Positions 13,831 to 29,700 of a stretch of 64,000 nt of DNA are shown one piece after another. This DNA comes from Macrostomum lignano (taxonomy: Eukaryota): positions 868,001-932,000 of the forward strand of contig NIVC01000152.1 in the NCBI GenBank assembly GCA_002269645.1, in the 5' to 3' direction. The position numbers and the translations under genes are program-made. The notes under the pieces were generated by a model. It was given only the letters and a program-made list of their open reading frames with translations, did not search any database and was not told the DNA's origin. Positions within the stretch are counted from its first letter, which is position 1. Each line of letters starts with the position of its first letter.

Positions 13831-14839
13831 GCGCAACTGGGCTAAATATCGAGCTGGCGAACTCTCCATCCGCAGCTTCCTGCTTAGCTGCTCTCGCCTG
13901 GGTCACATCCCTCGGTTCGGCTATCTTTATATAGTTATGTAGTTGCATGTACGAGTATACATGTTACATATAGCAAAGTTTTTCATACAAAATGTGGATG
14001 ACGAAGTGTCCAGGGAGTAGATGACGAAGTGTCCACATTAGTAAGTGGATGACGAAGTGGTAAGATGACGAAGTGTCCAATAATAAGAGTGGATGACGAA
14101 GTGGTAAGATGACGAAGTGTCCAGGAACCGCCTAAAAGTTGTTACCTAACAGGCACAACAAAACTAAGCCTTAGCCTGTTAAAAAAGTGAAAAAAATTTT
14201 TTATCAAAACTTGAAATATAGAAGGTTGGTCAAAAATATTTTACTACACTCATAGGCTCTGCTCTGCATTATAACCAGAAGAAGATATATAAATATAACA
14301 TCCATAGGACTTCAATTAGGCTTTTTTATAAAGATTGGTTCTAGAACAAGAGTAGGCCTAATTCCGATTCCAGGACCAAAATTGGTAGGAAAATGAAAAG
14401 CTTCGAACCCATTTTATGTTTGTTAGTATTTTACAACCTAAATTTGTCTTTCCTTAACTTTGCTTTGTCTTGGATAAGACAAACAACAGAGTATTAATAT
14501 GTTGATAACAAAAAAAAATTAACAATTTCAAATATATTCTACTGTTAAAGAATAAAGTGTGAACATGATAACGGATCAAGAAAATTTCTCAATCCAAATT
14601 CCAGAACCAAAACACGCTTCTGGAACCTGTTATGGAACAGGCAATATGAAAAGCTTAAAATTGGATTCTGGTTCCGGAATTGTTAAAAAGAAAAGCCTTA
14701 GAGACTTTCACGCTGTATAAATAATTTTAATTTCATAATTTAAAACCGCGTGGCTTCACTAACTATAATCTTATTTAATGCATGAATATATAATTTTTTG
14801 CGGAATTTTTTTTCATTCGTAATCCTCTTTCTTCAGGCC

Positions 14840-15447
14840 GCTTTCAACCTACTTCGGCGAAAGAATTTTCGGCGAAAGTCAATAACGGCGAAAAATACTT
14901 TCGCAATGAGCATTTCGTCTAAAGCTGCAGACCATTTCGGCGAAAAATTTATTCTAAGCTTTGCTGAGAAGTTTTTTGTTTTAGAAGTAAGTTAAAAAAA
15001 ACGATGAACTTTAAAGAGACTTATTTTATCTAAACATGTTTTTGTTTTGTCGCAGTTTAATTTAGTTGTTTTATTAGATGCCCTTCCATTACGGCGGAAT
15101 TTCAAAGTACGATTTTAGGAGACTGGGATTTAATCTGAAAAACCACACCGTCATCATCCCTAATCTATCGACTGTATATCGATAGATCGGCAGATCGCAT
15201 ATACATAACTACGAGTTAAGTCATGAGTTTTTAAATTTTCTAACTGCAAATAATGAACAATTTATTAAAAAAAAGCTTCAATCACCAAAGTAGTATATTT
15301 GCAATATAGGCCTATACGTAGTCGTAGCCCATCTTTTCGCCGAACTGGTCACTTTCTTTCGCCGAAATGTACATCTATTGAAACTTAAAATTCACTTTCG
15401 CTGAAGCGTCTTTCGCCGAAAATTTCTTCGCCGAAATGGGCTGCACC
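14840..15447. mobile_element. MULE-like MITE, 9-bp TSD cttcaggcc
   Basis: Subterminal ttcggcgaaa / tttcgccgaa inverted arrays. Exact TSD at 14831-14839 and 15448-15456. The extreme termini are degenerate. Confidence 0.7.
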
Positions 15448-18407
15448 CTTCAGGCCAACCTAATCTGTTCGAGGCTCTTCATATTGCTTCTTCTGGTTCT
15501 AGAACCAGAACCAATTTGTAAAGTAGGCCTATAACTTTTTGTCTCCTAAACTAGACTAGAGGGATATTAGTGCTTTAAAATTGTGATTATCGAATGGCAA
15601 TAGCCAAGAAGAAAGTGAGAAATTGTGCAAAGTGAGGCTGTTAAGGCAGTCAAACATTCAACAAAGTTAAACAGTTATACTGTTTTTTTCTTGGAAATCC
15701 GAACCAATTCTGGTTCGAGAATCAATTTGCCATGAAGAGGCTCTTCAATGAACCTGTCAAAAGTTTTACCTAGCTGTTTTATCTGTGTTATCTAGCACTT
15801 ACAGTTTAAATGTACAAAATTGTTTAGGCCTAATTTAAAATTTAAAGTTTTAAACTAAAATTTATAGAACTTCTAGGGCAATAATGATAATCTAGGAGCC
15901 TCTTCATGGCAGTCGATTCCAGAACCAGAACAAAATAAAACAAAACCAAAAAATTGCATATCCCCCATGCCAAACACTGAGCATTAGTAAGTTAGGCCTA
16001 ACAAAATATCTAGTCAAGAGAGAGTTCTGCCATAGCTATAGATATAGTCATACATGCCCAACCTCAAAATTTCACCTGTTTGGTGCAACTTAGTTTCTCT
16101 GAATTGTGATTTAGTTCCCCCAATTGTGACTTAATTTTCACTTAGTATATGACTTTTCGGCTATCCTGTAGTTTCGCACGTTAAATTATTTTACGGAATT
16201 ATTTCGCCCTCTATTCAAGGGTGGTGGGGGGTGGGGGTTATAATTAAACGTGCGAAACTACAGGATAGCCGACTTTTCTTGCCTTTTTCTCTTTTCTCTT
16301 TCTTTTTCTCTTTTCTTTCCCCTCCCTCTCTTCTCTTTCCTTTCTTTTCTTTTTTTCTTCCTCTCTCTTCTTTTCCCAATTTTTGTTTTTTGCATTTTCA
16401 ATTTTGCAGCTTACCTTGGCTGGTAGCCATTTCACCCACCTAGTTTAGACAGGTTGGACAGATGTTAGGCATGTATAGATATGGCTATGGCTTACAAATA
16501 ATAAAAATTACAAATTACAAATGGCAAAGCATACAAATAATAAATATATATATAGTTATGGGAACACATATTGCCTTATATCTAGTTCTTATATCTAGGG
16601 CCTAGTAATACCACTCAATTAAGAATTAAAAGACCATTAGAGCTATTGATTTGATAAGGTTACAATAGTAAAAATAAATGAATGTTGGCAGTTTCAAAGT
16701 AGGAGGAACTCATAAGTCCTTAGAATTTATGACTCAAGCATTAACATAGATTGTCAATATTATGTCCATATTGTAGTTGGGTGGTAAAGGCTTAAGTTAA
16801 TAGTTAATGTTAATGTTTTCACATTCCAAGGAGAGCTCTAAGTCCCTGCATAGATTTGGAAACTTAGCAATTGAGTTTTAATACCATGTATATATTGGGA
16901 TTGGGTGGTAGCCTAAAGTTAGGCCTAAGTTGATTTTTTTCACTTTCAAGGGGAGCTTTTAAGTCTCTATGGTCAGGGACTAGGATGGGGTTGGGATGCT
17001 GAAGGCTAAATTTAAGATGAATATTTTCACTTTCAATGTGAGAGAAGCTCCTAAGTCCTTAGAATTGGGAATTCAAACAACAAAGACATATATGTTTGAC
17101 ACTATGTGCATATTGAGTTTGGAATAGGAGTAGAGGGTTAAAGTTAAGATATTTAACTTTCAATACAAAATTGCTGCATATTCCAAATGCCACATATAGC
17201 ATGGCCATATGTGCAGTATCTAGCTGCCTCTATAATGTGTCCATTAGGGTCCAGGTCTTGGCATTGTACAATAGTTACAGAAAGTTTTTTGCTACAAATA
17301 TGGATATGGATAGGCTACAGAAAATTTTCAAAATACAGCTATGGATATAGATATAGGAAAAATTTGGTTATGGCAGAACTCTAGTCTAGTCATTTGGATC
17401 TTATATTTGCAATTAATAAAGCAATCAACTATAAAACATTCTTTTCTACTCTTTCCAATTGACAAAATGACTAAGATCCATTTATGTTAAAAAAAGTAGC
17501 CTAATCTAATAAAAGTAATTACTTTTGCATTTTTTGTTAAGCAAACTAAAGTAGTCCTATTTATTTTGTTAATCTAATTGGCTTAGTCTCTTTTTTAGTC
17601 TCATTTGATATAATTGCATCAGCTATACATAAAGGCTATTCAAAGCATCCCCTTTAAGAAAGCTTATTATTTAAATAATGAAATATATCAATGATGTTAC
17701 AAGTTTTGCTTATAGTTTTAATCAAAATTATAATATCAAAGAAAAAAAAATCATTTTAAAAGTTACCAATTTTGCAACTAAATTCTAGGTCTACCCTTGG
17801 TCTATTACAGTTTATGCTAGAATATGTATAAACTAGTTGTCATATTTAGGCTTCTTAGCCTACTAACTTTATTTTAGTTGTAGCTTATCATTGGAATTTT
17901 AGACCCAGAGCTTTTTATTCTTTAATCAAAGTATCTTTCTTCTATCTTCTATTGGTATATTTTCATTTCCATAAATGATTATCATATCCACTTTAATTTT
18001 CGCATCTTAAATTTTGATCCCAGATTTCTAATTATTGCCTTGTTTAAACCAAGCTAGATAGCATTTAAATTAAAGTTCCATTAATTTTCTTTAATTCATA
18101 TTTCATTTGAAGCATCAACATGGAGTCTGGAGACTTCTCCAATGTAAAGGGTAGGGTAGAGATGTTGATATTTATTTGATTTTGACCTTTTTGATAGATG
18201 CCCAGTTGGCATCCTAATTTCGGACTCAGGATTGCAACAGTGATTTTGATGCTTAAAAACCCAGAATAGAGTTCAAACAAAATTGAGGCTAAGATAAATT
18301 CAAGTCTAAGAATGACTAAAGTCAATGATGCTTAAACTTCTAACCCGACTGCATTCAATTCAGCAAAGCTGGCGTGGTCTTCGCACTCATACAGCACGTC
18401 CAGCAGT

Positions 18408-21430
<3,023 letters not shown>

Positions 21431-21664
21431 AGCTACATTAATTTAGAGTTTTTGCTTGGTTCGATGGGGGTCACGTGACTGTTTAACTTTATGGGAGCGT
21501 GCGATAGGCACGGGTGAAGGAATATAAAAACAGTGTTTATGTACATGTTTGGCGTCTAGGCCATAGCAGTTGCGGGCATCAGTTATGCTGTTGGTTTAGG
21601 CCATAGACGAAATCATGGATTGACCGTCTGCTTTAAATTTGGGGGTGCGATTTTGCTCCGCGAT

Positions 21665-22093
21665 GCCCCCGTTTGCATTGATTGGCTACTGAAGGTCCCT
21701 TAGTTGTCTATGGTAAAAACTGTTTAAGCTGCAGTGCACAGACACCACCCTGGACATGTTCAACCGATTGCATTGATGAAATAGACTAACACTGATGTAT
21801 TAGAGCAGTACTCTCGAACTAAGAACTATCGGCGATCCTAGAAATCTTTTTTTTAAACCTACGGCGTCGGTTTTTGGATAGAGTGAAAAAGACTTATTTT
21901 GCTTGAATAAAGTTTCAAGCTTTGTTTGCCAATGCGAGATCTCCCGTGTCAGTTTAACTGAGGAGCGAAGCTTGCATAGAGGACTCTTTGGTTTACTACA
22001 GAACTAGAACTGATTTAAACTGCAGCTTGCAACATTTTTGCCATAGACAATTAAGGAATCTTCAGTAGCCAATCGATGCTAATTACGGGGGGC
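21665..22093. mobile_element. MITE-like inverted repeat just 3-prime of PBX
   Basis: gcccccgtttgcattgattggctactgaag..gtctatgg (21665-21715) versus ccatagac..cttcagtagccaatcgatgctaattacggggggc (22041-22093). No TSD established. Confidence 0.55.
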
Positions 22094-23304
22094 TTCTCTC
22101 AGGAGAAACTCTCAGCCCGACTACTGTTAGTAGCTGTAGTAGACATCCGCTTTTTCACTTTTCCAGTTCTCTGCTTTGTGCCCATTGTTTGTATCATTAT
22201 TGAAATATGCTACGCTAAGTCCAAAAACTAATTCGGTCTAAAAATTTTACAGGACGCATGCCATCGCTTGCTTGTTATTGTTTAACATTATCATTTCTTA
22301 TAATAATGAATTCACTTCCGCTTTGTACCCTCCTGTGTAGATATTTTTCATTTATTTAAACTTGATTGTTAACGTAATTGACGCTAATTGTTACGCTGCT
22401 AAACTGTTTTATGCAAAGTTTTATGATGATAAAATGAGAATCTCCTAATCTCTAGCGAGCTTCTGTTAATCCCTCTATATGTATGTGATCAATTATTGAT
22501 AATCCCATCTGCTCTACTTATTTAAGCCTGATTATTGATAGCCTGATCGAGTTGACGCGGCAAACTGGTTAATTAATTATAAGCTTCGTTATAATTACAC
22601 TTTTTCTTAGCTAACATTGTATTATAATTGACTATGCTTTGATTTAAAGCGTGAATTCTTTCTCTTTTTTGCGGCTAGAATTGTTGTTGCTATACTACTT
22701 ACAAATGCTACACACGCGTAAGTAATAAGATATGAAGCGTACTGAATAAAACACTGTAGTTTGAGAAAAAAACTCGGCTTTTTGTTAACTCGATTTAAAA
22801 TTTCTTTAAGCGCCCGCGCATTCACAGTCACAAGCTCAATGACTTGCTGGATCGTAGATTAGATCTGTTAAACACAAAGTCGTCTTGATATTGTAAACGT
22901 TGAATAGTGCTTATATTGTTTGCATTAATATATTTCTATGAAAATTGGCAATTTGACTTGTAAAAAAATAAAATCGTAACTTTTGCGCGCCTTGTAGTCG
23001 CGCCATCATGTTGCATCATGAGATAGAGAATAGGCAGTTGGGTTTGAAAATAAGCATCTCAAGCAAGCACAACAAAGCCCTTATGCCATGGGCGCCAATG
23101 AGCACTGAGCGCTATTTGTTTTTTGATACATTAAAAATCAAAGTGAGCGTGAAAGTGACTTGGATCGCAGCTGAACTACAAGCGATATGTGATAAAACTG
23201 TGCTAGTCCAGTAACTTTTTAATCCTAGCTGCATGTACCTGTGCTTTCCTGCAAAACGTATGGGAGCTTGTCGAAGCACTTTATGACACATCTAAACACA
23301 GGCC

Positions 23305-23590
23305 TGAGCACCCAGAGTAGTGAGAACACAGTCCTGAACACCCACAGGAGTCGAGAACACAGTCCTGAACACCCACAGGAGTCGAGAACACAGTCCTGAA
23401 CACCCACAAGAGTCGGGAACACAGTCCTGAACACCCACAAGAGTCGATAACACAGTCCTGAACACCCACAGGAGTCGAGAACACAGTCCTGAACACCCAC
23501 AAGAGTCGAGAACACAGCCCTGAACAACCCACAAGAGTCGAGAACACAGCCCTGAACACCCAACAAGCTAGAATCGAGGACACAGCCCCA
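23305..23590. repeat. Minisatellite, 31 bp unit gaacacagtcctgaacacccacaggagtcga
   Basis: ~8 copies, 160-450 bp downstream of the NHL gene stop codon. Confidence 0.92.
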
Positions 23591-23753
23591 AACATCTAGA
23601 AAAAGAGCACGAAAAGCATGTATGCCATGCAATGTGAAATCAATACACAGCTCATGATACCCATGCAGTGTATAAAAAGAAAGCCTCATCATCGCACAAC
23701 CGTATAGGGAATGCAATCAAAAGAACCACAACAGATAAAAGGAACAGAATATT

Positions 23754-26700
23754 TCAAAACAGCTGCACCCGGTTGTTGTCCCGGTCGGTGACCGCCAGTC
23801 TGCCGTCCGGCAGCGCGGCGATTCCTTCGGCGCCTTTAAAACAGCCGGGCCGGCGCCCTGTGGCGCCCCAGTGGCAGAGGAAGGCGCCGTCCCGCTGGTA
23901 AACCTGCAGCCGGCTGTTGCCAGCGTCCACCACGATGATGCGGCCGGCTGAGTCGCAGGCGAGGCCGCGCGGATGACGCATCTGACCCGCGCCGGAGCCT
24001 TCAACGCCGAATTTGAAACGGAAGCCGCCGTCGGTACTTTCGAAGGCCTGATAAGTTAAATATGGCGAGTTTTTATAGTTTCTGCGTCCGTGTGACTGCG
24101 AGAGCATTATTGAAATGTATAGTGTCGTAGATCACTAGATGCATGTAATAGTCCTCTACATGTAGATTTAGCAGTGGTTCTCAAGACTGTTGATATATCT
24201 GGGATATATGGAAATCTCTAGATTGTAGGAGAGGGATATCTCTATTGATTGGGGGGACAGGGATATCTCTATTGATTGGGGGACAGGGATATCTCTATTG
24301 ATTCGGGGGACAGGGATACCTCTAATAATTGGGGGACAGGGCCATATCTCTATTGATTGGGGGACAATGATATCTCTATTGATTGGGGGGACAGGGATAT
24401 CTCTATTGATTGGGGGGACAGGGATATCTCTATTGATTGGGGGGACAGGGATATCTCTATTGATTGGGGGGACAGGGATATCTCTATTGATTGGGGGACA
24501 GGGCCAAATCTCTATTGATTGGGGGACAGGGCCATATCTCTATTGATTGGGGGACAGGGCCAAATCTCTATTGATTGGGGGACAGGGCCATATCTCTATT
24601 GATTGGGGGGACAGGGATATCTCTATTGATTGGGGGACAGGGCCATATCTCTATTGATTGGGGGACAGGGCCATATCTCTATTGATTGGGGGACAGGGCC
24701 ATATCTCTATTGATTGGGGGACAGGGCCATATCTCTATTGATTGGGGGACAGGGCCATATCTCTATTGATTGGGGGACAGGGCCAAATCTCTATTGATTG
24801 GGGGACAGGGCCATATCTCTATTGATTGGGGGACAGGGCCATATCTCTATTGATTGGGGGACAGGGCCATATCTCTATTGATTGGGGGACAGGGCCATAT
24901 CTCTATTGATTGGGGGACAATGATATCTCTATTGATTGGGGGGACAGGGATATCTCTATTGATTGGGGGGACAGGGATATCTCTATTGATTGGGGGACAG
25001 GGATATCTCTATTGATTGGGGGACAGGGATATCTCTATTGATTGGGGGGACAGGGATATCTCTATTGATTGGGGGACAGGGATATCTCTATTGATTGGGG
25101 GGACAGGGATATCTCTATTGATTGGGGGACAGGGCCAAATCTCTATTGATTGGGGGACAGGGATATCTCTATTGATTGGGGGACAGGGATATCTCTATTG
25201 ATTGGGGGACAGGGATATCTCTATTGATTGGGGGGACAGGGATATCTCTATTGATTGGGGGACAGGGCCAAATCTCTATTGATTGGGGGACAGGGCCATA
25301 TCTCTATTGATTGGGGGACAGGGATATCTCTATTGATTGGGGGACAGGGCCATATCTCTATTGATTGGGGGACAGGGCCATATCTCTATTGATTGGGGGA
25401 CAGGGCCATATCTCTATTGATTGGGGGACAGGGCCATATCTCTATTGATTGGGGGACAGGGCCATATCTCTATTGATTGGGGGACAGGGCCATATCTCTA
25501 TTGATTGGGGGACAGGGCCAAATCTCTATTGATTGGGGGACAGGGCCATATCTCTATTGATTGGGGGACAGGGATATCTCTATTGATTGGGGGACAGGGA
25601 TATCTCTATAGATTAGGGGACACGGATATCTCTAGATTATACATGTAGGACCTATTATCTAAATTATACATCTAGATTCGGTCACACAGGTGTCAATGGT
25701 GATAGGATGTCAAGGATGTCAAGGCTTACTGGGGGAACTACAGAGATGTCAAGGCTTACTGGGGGAGTTGCTGTAGGTGTCAAGGCAAATAGGATTCACA
25801 TAAATATATTTTCGTCGCTTGCTTGTTGGGCACCCTGAAGGGGAGCACTAGATTGCTAGTAAGAGACTAATCTTGCCTGTGTGCAGGCAAATACATTAGA
25901 ATCGCGCCAATTTGAATTCTAGACCCCACCTGCACCCGGTTGTTGTTGCTGTCGGACACGAACACCAAGGCAGACGCTCCGTCCGGCCTGACGCAGACAA
26001 AGTGCGGATTGTCCAACTGCCCGTCCGAGCGGCCGTGCTCTCCGAAGCTGGACAGAAATTGCCCGTCCAAGTCGAACACCTGCACTCGGTGGTTCTTTTT
26101 GTCGGCCACGTACAGGTGGCCGGAGTGGACGGCAGCGCCCCATGGATAGCGGAACTGGCCGGGCCCGGAGCCCTCAGCGCCGAACTGGCGAAGGAACTCC
26201 CCCTGATGGGAAAATTCAAAGCGTGTAAATACTTTGTATATATTCCCCATTTATTTTGTTGTCTAGCGGGCAAAAGCAAGAGGTGTCTCGTTTATTGACC
26301 GAGGCGAAGCCGAGGTCAATGATCGAGACACCGAGTGCTTTTGGCCCTAGACAGCTAAATGAGTGGGGAATATGATATGTATCCCCCGTTCGTTGTCTAT
26401 GGTTGTTGTCTCGAATTTATCAGCCCGCGGGGCAGCGGGAAATAAATGATTTATTCACCTAGGGAAATAACTGAAAACATGCGTCACATAGACACTCGCC
26501 CGGGGCAAAAGGGGGATACATATTTTGTATATACTGTGTCATTTTCTGACTTGCTACGAAATGCATGCAGCGAATAGGCAACACTTTTGTATATTTTTAC
26601 AAAGCCAAATTCTTTCGACTGTGTATCGCTTTTGACGATCTAAATAGGAATTTGGGAGGGACGCCATAGACATTCAAGCCAGGCCACAGACTCGATCGGG

Positions 26701-29700
26701 CGGCTTGGGAATACACAACCAAAGAATGTGGAATGTACTATAAAAATGGGAATTCGCCCAATTTAATGTATTTTCTAAATCTCAAGGCCACTGGAATATT
26801 TAAAAGTGAACAAAGTGCCCGTTACCGGACGCGAAACAAAAGTAACTCAGAACTCCTTAAGCGTCAGGAAAGGATTTTCATCGAGTTTCTCAACCAAGAA
26901 TTCTCTCATTTCCTGATCGGCCTTGCACAATCCTTCTTTACGACCACCGCGAGGAAGGGATTCCACTCTGCCATCAAGTCGAAAGTTGGCAGCGATTCGG
27001 AATGCGCTTGTTTTTCTTGATTTGCAAGATTCTTGCAGCTCCTGCGATGGCTGACCCTTGTTCAATCGCATCAGTCAGCTGCTGGCGATCTGCTACAGGA
27101 ATTGGTGGCGCCATTCAATGGGGTCGCTTTCAGGCCAAAGACGAGCAAACAGGGGAGAGAGGGACAGAGAGCTGTAAAATCTCAGTCCGATCCCCGTATT
27201 GAATATAACATTAATATTACTTTTTGCGGGCATCAATGTAGAATTTCTTATGCTTAGCACCTAGGTGCTAAGCATAATTTCTGCACTTGACAGGATGTGG
27301 AAGCAGTGTAGCCCTAAAATAGATTACACCGAATGCAAATGAAGCAGTGAAATGCATATTGGAAAATTCTCTATTGATGCCTCGCAAAAAGTAATATTAA
27401 TTACATTATTGTCATTAATGCAAGAGATTTCCGGGCATCAATGTCGAAAATTCCGGGCTCTGTGTTATTACATAGAATGCAGTTGAAATGTCTATGGCCA
27501 TTCTTTCTTTTGATTTGCGAGCTCTGGGCCATAGACGAAGTTTTGATGGTCCAGGTCTAGAGATGGACAGTAAAACTGAAGGAGCTAGAAAAATGCTAAA
27601 TGTATATTTTTCAAATCTGTCAGGACTAAGCTGTGCTTGAGTTCTGAAAATGATCAATCATTTAATTAATTATTCCAATCTGCCGGGAGAAATGGTTTCC
27701 GGTATGTCGACCGAAGAGCTGGCGTGGGTATCATCCGAGTCGAACAGCCGGTATTTGGAGGAACTGAGCGAAGAATTTTCGCGCAAGATAGAATCAGAAG
27801 AGATTCTCGACATTCCGGAGGACGTGATGCAAGAGTTAAATCAGCTTGAACGAGATGGAATACCGGACTCCTCCGCCCGGCAGATGGAGGACAATGTGAG
27901 CCGCTTCAAGACTTTTCTGGAGGAAATGAATCTGTCAACGGATCTGCTGCGAATTCCAAAGTCGATTCTGGCTAATTATTTGCGTTTCTTCTATTCGACA
28001 CTGCGAACAAAGGACGAGCGTCCTTGCTCGAGATCGTCTTGCTGAAGGACAAGTTGAGCAGGCTGCGCCAGCTCCATCGGTCAGTGTGAATTTCTCTGGA
28101 ACATTTCAAAATTGTACGTTCGATTTCCACGGCCTGAAAGACTAATTTAATTTAACTAACTGATCGTCTCTCTTTGCATGCTTATAAGCGCATAAACTTT
28201 GCTGTTATTTGTTGGTCTCTGTTTCACACTGTTGTTCTATTTCGCTCTATTACTGAAATAGAAAATACCATAGACAATTCAAGGCACGAATTGCCACATT
28301 GACGCCCGGAAAAGGGACGCTTAAGCCCGCAAAAATTAATGACAATGGCTTTTCCCATATTGAATGTCCAAAGTTATAGTCTATGGCCAAGCCTCCCTAA
28401 GTAGACTTTGCTAAACTGCTTAAATTCATGACTAAGGTGCGATCTGTGGCCTGGCTTTAATGTCTATGGCGTCCCGTTTTGATTGTCCAAATTCCCATTT
28501 CGATCGTCAAAAGCTACCAAAATCTGATCTTTTTAAATACTTAAACTACCGCTTCTCGTTATGATTAGCAACACCAGCTACTAACAATCCTACCTAAATT
28601 CCCCAGCTACATGTACATATCGATGTTTCTTTGGTCATTCAAGCATTTAACTAGCGGTTAGAGCCACTGCAGATTCTATATTTACCTAGATTTGTCACTC
28701 CATCATTTGCTAATGTATTTAGCGGCCGTCTCCGAGGCCCCGAAAACCCAGGGGGGGGGGTTGGGCCACAGACACCTCGTAGTTGCTGCTACTTATGCTG
28801 GAGAGCAGCAGAAGCTACAGTCTATGGTCTGAACCGCGGGGTTTTCGCGGAGTGGCATGGAATAGAATCTGTAGTTAGAACGTACACTATAAAAATTGAC
28901 ACCCTCACCTGGTAGTCAAACACCAGCACCTTGTGATTGTAGCGGTCCGTGGCGAACACCCGCCGGGAAGCCGGGTCCACCGCCACCCCGGTGACGCACT
29001 CGAATTCTCCTGGACCAGCGCCGCGCCGCCCGAACGCCAGCCGAACCTGGCCAGTCAGAGAGAAAGCCTGCAGTCGGTGATTGTTGGAGTCGGCCACGAA
29101 CAGGGCGCCGGTGCGGGGACAGGCCGCGATGCCGCGCGGCGCGCTCAGCTGGCCGACCTCGGCGCTGGGCCCGAGGCCGAAGACGCCACACGGTGCGCTG
29201 CGAGCCAAATAGGAGGCGTCCTCGCCGGCGGACACCGATAGGTCCGACGGGTCGCCGTTGCCGTCCAGGGACACCTGGAGAGGGGATTTGGGGATCGAAG
29301 CTAAATGAAGGCTTGAGTTGAGTTCAGACAGGGTATTCGAATAGACTGCCAGTCAATTCGCGTTTCAGTATTTTCCAAGAAACAAATATTAATAAAAAAC
29401 GAATCACTAAAACAAACCTGAAATGCAACCGGTCGATTCGCGCGCGACAGAACAAAAGTTCCCGACCTCTGGACCATTGTCAGCTGTTGATGCGGTTCCG
29501 ACGAGGAAGGCGACTCATCATCTGACGGTTGCTGCTGCTGTTGTTGCTGCTGCTGTTGTTGCTGCTGTTGTTGTTGCTGTTGATTATTGTGCTGCTGTTG
29601 TTCCTGCCTTCGGATTGCTGCATTCGCTGCTCGTCTTGATGCGTTAACCCTACCCCCTGCGCCTCCAGCTCCGACTCCCCGTTCGCCTGCGCCACTGCCG

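Larger units (their letters stand above)
8141..14129. mobile_element. Mutator-like element (outer, level 1), 9-bp TSD gcctaaaag
   Basis: 38-bp TIR ggttcctggacacttcgtcatcttaccacttcgtcatc at 8141-8178, inverted at 14092-14129. Exact TSD at 8132-8140 and 14130-14138. Contains a MULE transposase fragment. Confidence 0.9.
26628..28514. mobile_element. Composite inverted-repeat-bounded element in NHL gene intron 2
   Basis: Imperfect ~65-70 bp IR: gcttttgacgatc..ggacgccatagacatt.aagccaggccacaga (26628-26690) versus tctgtggcctggct..aatgtctatggcgtcc..gatcgtcaaaagc (28443-28514). No clear TSD. Confidence 0.7.

Noticed and set aside
24298-25201. GGTGISLLI repeat ORFs
   Set aside because: They come from the intronic minisatellite of the NHL gene.
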